A stretch of 64,000 nt of DNA. Origin: a virus (Duplodnaviria > Heunggongvirae > Uroviricota > Caudoviricetes). A program made the translations under genes and the position numbers. A model generated the notes under the pieces. It saw only the letters and a program-made list of their open reading frames with translations, ran no database searches and was not told where the DNA came from. The stretch is from the IMG/VR virus record IMGVR_UViG_3300025913_000018; one strand, 5' to 3'. Positions 54,219 through 60,580 of the stretch are shown piece after piece. The number at the start of each line of letters is the position of its first letter. The first letter of the stretch is position 1.

Positions 54219-54935
54219 TTACGCGGCTTGTGGGTCGGACTCCTTCTTGGAAGCCCCTTCCCATAGGATCTCGACGCCGCAGAACGGACAGTGGTTCATC
54301 ATGAGTCCGGTGTCCGAGGCGCTCTTTCGATAGGCGACCCCGATCAGGCGGTCCTTCCCCGTCGTCATGTTCGTGACCACGATCGGAACGAATCCCTTCC
54401 GGTGCTCGTTGGCCATCGAGGAACCGAGAGCGTTCTCCATCGTCTTACAAAAGACGCGGCGTTCTCCGTCGCACTTCAGCGGAGCTTCCTTCATCCTCGA
54501 CGTCACCGTCTTCCACTCGCTCTTCATGAGATCCTCCGTTGGAATTCGCTTCTCGAACCCGAGGGCCTGGCCCACGGTCCACTTACGCTTCAGTCGATTC
54601 CGAATGCATTCGGTGGGAAGACCCGTCTCCGCTTCCCACTGGGAGAGTCGGAGACTCCTCCCCATGTACGAGAGTCTCAGCCCGGGGATCTTCCTAGGAG
54701 GCCTCGGGAGCCTCACCTTCGGGACTTTCGGTCGGAAGGCCGCCGTCTCCCTACGCTCCCGGTTCGAGCAGTCCTCGCACTGCCTAGAGCGACCGGCTGC
54801 CAGGTTGTTCCTGAGGACCGTCCGAGTGTTTCCGCACTCGCACTGACACTCCCAACGCGAGTTGTTGTTGCGGTCCTTCGGAGCCGGGCTCAGAAGGACC
54901 CATCGACCGATTCGAAACCCGGCCGAGAATTCCAC
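54219..54935 (-). CDS. Chimeric protein: homing-endonuclease N- and C-terminal modules lacking the HNH core, fused to a CPFCG domain
   Basis: IGRWVL...WECQCECG...LAAGRSRQCEDC, then LSQWEAETG...IRNRLKRKWTVGQAL, then MKEAPLKC...NHCPFCG. Confidence 0.65.
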   Translation of the reverse strand: MEFSAGFRIGRWVLLSPAPKDRNNNSRWECQCECGNTRTVLRNNLAAGRSRQCEDCSNRERRETAAFRPKVPKVRLPRPPRKIPGLRLSYMGRSLRLSQWEAETGLPTECIRNRLKRKWTVGQALGFEKRIPTEDLMKSEWKTVTSRMKEAPLKCDGERRVFCKTMENALGSSMANEHRKGFVPIVVTNMTTGKDRLIGVAYRKSASDTGLMMNHCPFCGVEILWEGASKKESDPQAA

Positions 54936-54938
54936 TTT

Positions 54939-55454
54939 TCAGACGGGGAACTTCAGGCCCATGTCTCTCATCGAGAGCATAGCCTCGGCGTTCCCGCGCG
55001 CGTCGTCGACCGGATCGTGGGTGTGCTTCGTCTTTCGAAGGTGCTTGAAGTTCTGGAACGTGTCCTTCACCATCCCCTTGTAGAGGGAACCGAGGTTCGT
55101 GGAAGAGTGGCCGAACGGACAGCTTCCGAGGAAGTGGTGGAAGTACCAGCACATGAACATCCAGTCGAACCCGTTGTTGTCCGAGACGAACATCGGCTTC
55201 TGAACGGTCTTCAGCCACTCGGCGAAGCGTCTCATCTCCTCAGCCGGGTCCGGGAAGGTCAGCGTCTCTTCTCGGGTGTGGCCGCTGACGGCAAGCGCCT
55301 CCGGAACCCAGCGGGAGGAGATCGGCTTCAGCTGCGCCTTGAAGGTCCGAGTCAATCCCGGCTCGACGATAATCGCGCCGAACGAGATCATCGAGTAGTC
55401 GTTCTCGCCGGGAATCGGCCCGTCGGTCTCCACATCACCCATTACGTACGTCAT
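54939..55454 (-). CDS. DEDDh 3'-5' exonuclease (Rv2179c-like)
   Basis: GDVETDGP, NNGFDW and HTHDPVDDARG. Confidence 0.9.
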   Translation of the reverse strand: MTYVMGDVETDGPIPGENDYSMISFGAIIVEPGLTRTFKAQLKPISSRWVPEALAVSGHTREETLTFPDPAEEMRRFAEWLKTVQKPMFVSDNNGFDWMFMCWYFHHFLGSCPFGHSSTNLGSLYKGMVKDTFQNFKHLRKTKHTHDPVDDARGNAEAMLSMRDMGLKFPV

Positions 55455-55464
55455 CGTTCTTCCC

Positions 55465-55965
55465 TCAGTCCCAGAGGTTGTTGAGACCGCTGAGCAGCAT
55501 CATCCAGTACCAGTACGGATCCGACCACCCGGAGTGCTTGGTGACCCTCTCCTTCTCGGAGAGCATCTTGCACAGCGCGCGAGTGACGGGGTTCAGCTCA
55601 ACGACGTCCCCGATCTTCCTCTGGTTGGAGGGATCGAACTTCGCGAGATCCGAACGACGGATCTTCAGCGTAGAAGTCCACATACGGGGCTGACCTCGCT
55701 TCGGCTTCGCCCTCGACTTCCGCTTCAACGTACCGTCGAGGTTGCGGAGATCGTCGAACGTGATGACGCTCTTCTTCGTCCGCTTGAAGGCTTCTTGGAT
55801 CCGAACGAAGAGGTCGTAGTCGGTCTGGAACTCGCTCGTGGCGGAGAAAGGGTGGGAAGTGTACTCGTCGGACTTGTACCAGGTCTCGTCGTGTTTTCCG
55901 TTCCACTGGGCTTCCCAGTAGATCGACTTCTTCTCACGATTGACCTTGTACTTGAACTTCAACAC
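55465..55965 (-). CDS. Basic hypothetical protein (166 aa)
   Basis: GCGTAAG 8 nt before GTG. Confidence 0.65.
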   Translation of the reverse strand: MLKFKYKVNREKKSIYWEAQWNGKHDETWYKSDEYTSHPFSATSEFQTDYDLFVRIQEAFKRTKKSVITFDDLRNLDGTLKRKSRAKPKRGQPRMWTSTLKIRRSDLAKFDPSNQRKIGDVVELNPVTRALCKMLSEKERVTKHSGWSDPYWYWMMLLSGLNNLWD

Positions 55966-55974
55966 TCCGAGACC

Positions 55975-56616
55975 TTACGCCTCGCGGTCGTGCTCTACGT
56001 GGTCGAAGAGTTCGTGGAGATCGTTCTCTAGGTAGATGTCGGGTTCGTGTCCCTCGAACGCTTCGCGAAGACCTCGGGGACCGATGAAGCCTGCCGAGAT
56101 CACTCCCGCCGCTCTCGCGTCTCGGACGTCGGAGGCGAGATCTCCGACGTAGACGACCTGGTGGGGTTGGAGCCCGTGGGCCTCGCACATCTTCTGGATG
56201 TCTTCGGCCTTCCTATGGGAGAGCCCGACGATGCGATCCTCGGGGTGGAAGAGGGAATCCCTCGTCACCACTCGCTCGCGGACCCGATCTTCGTAGTGGG
56301 CGCTGACGATCCCGACGTGGACCCCGAGCTTCTTCAGCTTCTGGACCACTTCCTCGACGCGATGGAGGTAGGGGGACTCGTCCGACTTCATGTCCCCGAA
56401 GTAGATCTCCGTGATCTCCTCTCGCGAGAGAGTGACACCTCGGGACATGTACCACTCCATGTAGGGGGACTTGAAGGTCTTCTGGAACTCCTCGAATGTC
56501 ACCGGGGGTCGCCCGCACTTCGCGAGGACGCGGCAGACCCCACGGTAGATCTCGGGGATGCTGTCGATCAAGGTCCCGTCGTAGTCGAAGAAGACGGCTC
56601 GGATCTTGCGCTTCAT
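55975..56616 (-). CDS. HAD-superfamily phosphatase (phosphoglycolate-phosphatase-like)
   Basis: FFDYDGTLIDS, VSA, K and YVGDLASDV motifs. Confidence 0.9.
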   Translation of the reverse strand: MKRKIRAVFFDYDGTLIDSIPEIYRGVCRVLAKCGRPPVTFEEFQKTFKSPYMEWYMSRGVTLSREEITEIYFGDMKSDESPYLHRVEEVVQKLKKLGVHVGIVSAHYEDRVRERVVTRDSLFHPEDRIVGLSHRKAEDIQKMCEAHGLQPHQVVYVGDLASDVRDARAAGVISAGFIGPRGLREAFEGHEPDIYLENDLHELFDHVEHDREA

Positions 56617-56624
56617 ACCAACCC

Positions 56625-56933
56625 CTAGAGCCGGCCCGGCCGGGCGTTGTAAGGCTTCAACAATTCGGTGATCCGACCCCTCAGCTCCCTCAGTTCTTTT
56701 CCAGGCTTTCCCTCGAACCAGAGTTCGTGGGTCGGGTTGTTGTACGTCTTCGCGAAGTACATCCTCACCACCTCCGAGGTCGAGAGGAGGCGTCGCACAT
56801 CGTCGAGCGCCTTGTTCATCTCTCTGTCGCGAAGGTAGCCCGGATCGTCGTAGAGGATCCTGCAGTGGATGATGCGAGTGTTCCGACCGTGACCGGTGAG
56901 CTTTCCATCTCCGGAGTACGGCCAGCTTGTCAC
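56625..56933 (-). CDS. Hypothetical protein (102 aa)
   Basis: GTGA coupling. Confidence 0.55.
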   Translation of the reverse strand: MTSWPYSGDGKLTGHGRNTRIIHCRILYDDPGYLRDREMNKALDDVRRLLSTSEVVRMYFAKTYNNPTHELWFEGKPGKELRELRGRITELLKPYNARPGRL

Positions 56934-57226
56934 GGGTACTCCGGAAGCTCGTACTTCTCGGGCCACGGAGGTTCGAGCTTCAGGCGTCGAACGCACCACA
57001 CGCACTCGACCGGACGCTGGGAGAGCCACGACCCTCGGATCAGACGCGCCCCCCACTTACGGCTGCAGAAGAACCCGCAGTGGACGCACTTCTCGGTATG
57101 ACCGGTGTCGCTCGGGTCCTTCCCACACCCGAGGAAACCAGGGAGGTGCTCGCGGATGTGACGGACGGCGACCGCGGGATCGTCGTCGTCCCAGCCTCGC
57201 TCCCCGAGCTTCAGCTCACGTGTCAT
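56930..57226 (-). CDS. Cys/His-rich hypothetical protein (98 aa)
   Basis: Coupled ORF; CVHC and CVWC. Confidence 0.55.
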   Translation of the reverse strand: MTRELKLGERGWDDDDPAVAVRHIREHLPGFLGCGKDPSDTGHTEKCVHCGFFCSRKWGARLIRGSWLSQRPVECVWCVRRLKLEPPWPEKYELPEYP

Positions 57227-57744
57227 GAGAACAGGAGATCCGTCTTCAGAACGATCTTCTCTCCACTCGTCACCGGAAGGCCTCCGTGAGGGATGTCGTG
57301 GGGGAAGATCAGCGCGTCTCCGATGCGGAGACGAGGAGCGACGACGCCCTTGAAGAACGTACCTCCGCCCTCGAACGATTCGCTCAAGCAGACGAGCACG
57401 CTGTACAGCGCGCGGTGTCCGTCTCGTTCCTCGAAGTCCTCGTCCATGTGAACGGGAACCGCGCCCTCGGCCCCCTTCAGCCGATAGAGCTTCATCTTCT
57501 CGGACACGCGGGAGGAGACGAGACCGCAGTAGCTCATCAGCGGTAGCCGGGAGAAGATCTCCTGGGCCACGAGGTCGAGCGAAAGGTCGGCTCCCTGGAT
57601 GTGGCCGCCCTCACCGTGACCGTGATCTCCGTGACTGGCCTGGGGAGGGAGCAGCCGTAGAGCGATCACGGTCTCGGGGGTCAACACCTCCCGGACAATC
57701 ATCGGCGAATACGACTGAGGCTCGTAAGAGAACAGTTCGATCAT
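57223..57744 (-). CDS. 2OG-Fe(II) oxygenase (prolyl-4-hydroxylase-like)
   Basis: VHMD, FEGGGTFF, IFPHDIPHGG and GEKIVLKTD. Confidence 0.8.
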   Translation of the reverse strand: MIELFSYEPQSYSPMIVREVLTPETVIALRLLPPQASHGDHGHGEGGHIQGADLSLDLVAQEIFSRLPLMSYCGLVSSRVSEKMKLYRLKGAEGAVPVHMDEDFEERDGHRALYSVLVCLSESFEGGGTFFKGVVAPRLRIGDALIFPHDIPHGGLPVTSGEKIVLKTDLLFS

Positions 57745-58280
57745 CGGAGGGGGACCGATCTGACCTCGTCGATGAAGTCGTTGACGGGCTTGTTTCCGCG
57801 CTTCGGGAGCCAGATGTCTTTCAGGCTCGCGTCGATCGTCGAGTCCCACTCTCTTCCGGAGTAGATCCGAACCGGGAGGCCCTTCGCTCGGGCCGCCTCG
57901 ACGACCCTCTGACCGGTCTCGGCGCCGATCAGGTTCCAGTCGGTGAGGACGAGATCGAAGGACGCCTCCTCCGATTCCAGCGCGTTCACCGCCTTCTGGG
58001 CGGAGGTGAAGTGGGTCGGCTCGACGTCCACCATGCCGAAGAAGCGGGTCATCGCCTTCGCGACGTCCTTGTCGTCCTCGACGTAGAGGATCTTCAGCTT
58101 CGACTTCCCGAGGTAGACCTCGTTGATGATCTGTTCGATATCCTGGACGCCGTACCCCTGACGCATCGCCATCACGCTCGCGATCGTGTACTCGTAGACG
58201 GAGACCGGGTCCAAAGGGCTCTTCAGAAGCTTCCGGACCGCGCGACGGAAGTCCATGGCGCGCTGTTCTTGACTTTTCAC
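57741..58280 (-). CDS. Orphan response-regulator receiver domain with N-terminal extension
   Basis: ILYVEDD, LVLTDWNL, IYSG and LPK are canonical REC motifs. Confidence 0.85.
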   Translation of the reverse strand: MKSQEQRAMDFRRAVRKLLKSPLDPVSVYEYTIASVMAMRQGYGVQDIEQIINEVYLGKSKLKILYVEDDKDVAKAMTRFFGMVDVEPTHFTSAQKAVNALESEEASFDLVLTDWNLIGAETGQRVVEAARAKGLPVRIYSGREWDSTIDASLKDIWLPKRGNKPVNDFIDEVRSVPLR

Positions 58281-58297
58281 TGGGGGCTCCTGAAGAA

Positions 58298-58325
58298 GTA
58301 ACGAACGAGTCGACCTACCTTACAC
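58298..58325 (-). promoter_or_regulatory. Bipartite promoter-like motif GTGTAA-N16-CGTTAC
   Basis: The upstream box is the last codon plus stop (GTG TAA) of the preceding gene. Confidence 0.7.
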
Positions 58326-58973
58326 TTCCCGTTCCTTCAGAAGCGATTCCAGCTTCTGAAGGGCTGCGTGGGCGAAGACCATTCCGAGCGAGATCCGCTT
58401 CCCGTCCGGTAGAGCCTCCGCATCGTTCAGAGCCTCGTAGAGGAAGCGCTTCACCTCGTCGTGGGTGTGATGACCGTCGACCATCTGGAGCGCTTCTTCC
58501 AGCGACAAGATCGTCTCCTCGACGTTCTCGGTGTCCTCGACCTCCATGGTCCGGTACTCCTCGATCATCTCCGCGATCTGGGCCCGGAGAACCGTGTCCT
58601 CGGACTTCATGACGGCCGCCTCGCCGCTCCCGAGGATAGCCTTGGAGATGAAGTACCCGTAATCGGGACGGGGCGTATTCGCCATCCACCTCAGGGTGCT
58701 CCGAAGGAGTTCCTCCTCAGACGTACCTGGGAGCGGGTAGTACTGAGCGAAGAGGATCGGGTCGAAGTCCCCGTGGACGAAGAGTCGGTGACCGGCGAGG
58801 ACAATCACCTCGAACCAGTAGGAGTTCGAGTTGTCCGCGGCTTTGCACAACCATCGCCCCGAGCTTTCCTTCACGATGCGGTGGGTCGCGTAAGCGTCCT
58901 TCGCGTGTTGGATCTCCAGGTCGATCTCAGCCCGAACCGAGTCGATTCGGGTCTCGCTGTAGACTTCGTTCAT
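58320..58973 (-). CDS. Hypothetical phage protein (217 aa)
   Basis: LFVHGDF...YFISK motif. Confidence 0.7.
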   Translation of the reverse strand: MNEVYSETRIDSVRAEIDLEIQHAKDAYATHRIVKESSGRWLCKAADNSNSYWFEVIVLAGHRLFVHGDFDPILFAQYYPLPGTSEEELLRSTLRWMANTPRPDYGYFISKAILGSGEAAVMKSEDTVLRAQIAEMIEEYRTMEVEDTENVEETILSLEEALQMVDGHHTHDEVKRFLYEALNDAEALPDGKRISLGMVFAHAALQKLESLLKEREV

Positions 58974-59349
58974 GAGGATCCATGACGAGCAGGAGGCGGT
59001 CGATCTGAGGTGGAAGGAGATGATCCGCGATCAACCAGAACGCACTGAGGAGCACCTTGTCGTCGTACCGGAAGGAGAACGCCTTCGTGAGACGGTGGAC
59101 CGGTTCCAGCTTGAGGATCGCCATCTCGACCTGATCGAGATACGAGGAGGCGAGGTTCGCGAAGAGACCTTGGACCCCGTAGAGACACTTCAGAGCGAAG
59201 TGGAGGTGGGTATCCATTTCGAGGAGTCGACCAGGCCACCGAGGGTCGTCCTCGGCGATGTCCTTCGTCGCGAGAGCCTCTCGGATTCCTTTCACCGCGA
59301 GTTCCAGAAGGGGGCGAGCTTCGCGGCGACGCTGTTCTTCGTTATCCAC
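58927..59349 (-). CDS. Helical hypothetical protein (140 aa)
   Basis: GTG start 7 nt after GAGTAAG. Confidence 0.55.
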   Translation of the reverse strand: MDNEEQRRREARPLLELAVKGIREALATKDIAEDDPRWPGRLLEMDTHLHFALKCLYGVQGLFANLASSYLDQVEMAILKLEPVHRLTKAFSFRYDDKVLLSAFWLIADHLLPPQIDRLLLVMDPHERSLQRDPNRLGSG

Positions 59350-59363
59350 GTCGACCCTTACTC

Positions 59364-59657
59364 TCAGCGTCGGTCCGGCTGGGGATAGGGCTTCCTCCGA
59401 CCGAATTCGTTCTCCAATTCCTTCTGTTCGTCGAGGATGACCTCCAAATTGAAGTCGTGGTTCGGAACCTCGGAGACCGAGACCCAAACGATGTGACGGT
59501 CTTGGCGAACGGAATCGATCGTCCCGAGTCCGCCGACCATGTCGTCCTCCCCACGATCGAGGTACATCCTCGACGGGACCCAGATCTTCTGGCCCACCTT
59601 CGGAAGGACGGCTTTCGGCCGGCGGTAGATCGTCGCGACTTTCTTCTTGGCGCTCAT
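59364..59657 (-). CDS. Hypothetical protein (97 aa)
   Basis: GCGTAAC 6 nt upstream. Confidence 0.65.
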   Translation of the reverse strand: MSAKKKVATIYRRPKAVLPKVGQKIWVPSRMYLDRGEDDMVGGLGTIDSVRQDRHIVWVSVSEVPNHDFNLEVILDEQKELENEFGRRKPYPQPDRR

Positions 59658-59671
59658 GATTGAGTTACGCC

Positions 59672-59851
59672 TCAGAAACGGACCGCGTCCCGTCTCTTAG
59701 GGCGAGGGAGAACGTCGTAGCGCTCCTTCCTCATGAGATTCCGGATCTCAGCTCGGTAGAGGCTGTTGAGGAGGCGCTTGTACCAAGCGGGAGACCGTCG
59801 CTCCCAGTAGAAACCGTAGTCTTGCGAGTTGTGATGGCGGGTCCTGGACAC
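59672..59851 (-). CDS. Small basic protein (59 aa; absent from the ORF track)
   Basis: SD AGGAG before GTG; VSRTRHHNSQDYGFYWERRSPAWYKR... Confidence 0.55.
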   Translation of the reverse strand: MSRTRHHNSQDYGFYWERRSPAWYKRLLNSLYRAEIRNLMRKERYDVLPRPKRRDAVRF

Positions 59852-59914
59852 GAATCTCCTGGCCCGGGAAGTGAGTTCCCAGAACCTAGAAGACCGCTCC
59901 TCGTCGCGAACCCC

Positions 59915-60088
59915 TCACGACTTCTCTTCCGATTTCTCTGGCTTCGGAACGTCGATCTCGACGACGCGAGGCTTCAGTTTCTTCGGGCCGCAAGGCCCCT
60001 CGTGACCCTCTTCGAGACCGCATTGCGGGAAGACGATCATGTCTCCAGCATGAAGAGGAGGGCCGCTGTACTTCGAACATCGTTCCAT
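59915..60088 (-). CDS. Small hypothetical protein (57 aa; absent from the ORF track)
   Basis: MERCSK...QCGLEEGHEGPC pattern. Confidence 0.45.
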   Translation of the reverse strand: MERCSKYSGPPLHAGDMIVFPQCGLEEGHEGPCGPKKLKPRVVEIDVPKPEKSEEKS

Positions 60089-60096
60089 GGATGATG

Positions 60097-60342
60097 TTAC
60101 CCCTCACCCTCCGAAACGGATTCGTCGGCGAAGAGCTTCCTTCGGAACGCGCACTCGGGGCAGATCAGGCAGCAGGCGTGCTGGTGGTAGATCGTCGTGT
60201 AGCGGTGACAGACGCACTCACATAGAATCTCTCGGTCGTGCGAAGCACACCGAGGCGGAAGGACTGCGGTCTTCTTCGTCGGGGCTTCAGAATCGAAGTT
60301 CGGGTTGAGGATCTTCTTCGTGATCTCGTCGTCGCTGCTCAT
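60097..60342 (-). CDS. Small Cys/His-rich protein (81 aa)
   Basis: CASH...CECVCH...HACCLICPEC. Confidence 0.5.
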   Translation of the reverse strand: MSSDDEITKKILNPNFDSEAPTKKTAVLPPRCASHDREILCECVCHRYTTIYHQHACCLICPECAFRRKLFADESVSEGEG

Positions 60343-60580
60343 CGCTACCCTGATCAGGGTATTGACGATGCATCGACATCGATACCGATTCGAGGGCGGC
60401 CCGAAGTAGCTTGTATGTAGCGGCACGCTCACGAACTTCGCGCGATCGCGCTCGACGCTGAGACGTACCTCGGGCGAGAAGGAACACGTCCAGTTCTGAC
60501 TTCGCGAGTCGAATTCGAGACTCCCTACAGGCGTCCCTCAAGAATTCGCGCCAAGCCTCGGCTGTCTCGATCTTCATCAT
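60287..60580 (-). CDS. Basic hypothetical protein (97 aa)
   Basis: ATGA coupling to the hub gene; overlaps the next ORF. Confidence 0.45.
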   Translation of the reverse strand: MMKIETAEAWREFLRDACRESRIRLAKSELDVFLLARGTSQRRARSREVRERAATYKLLRAALESVSMSMHRQYPDQGSDEQRRRDHEEDPQPELRF

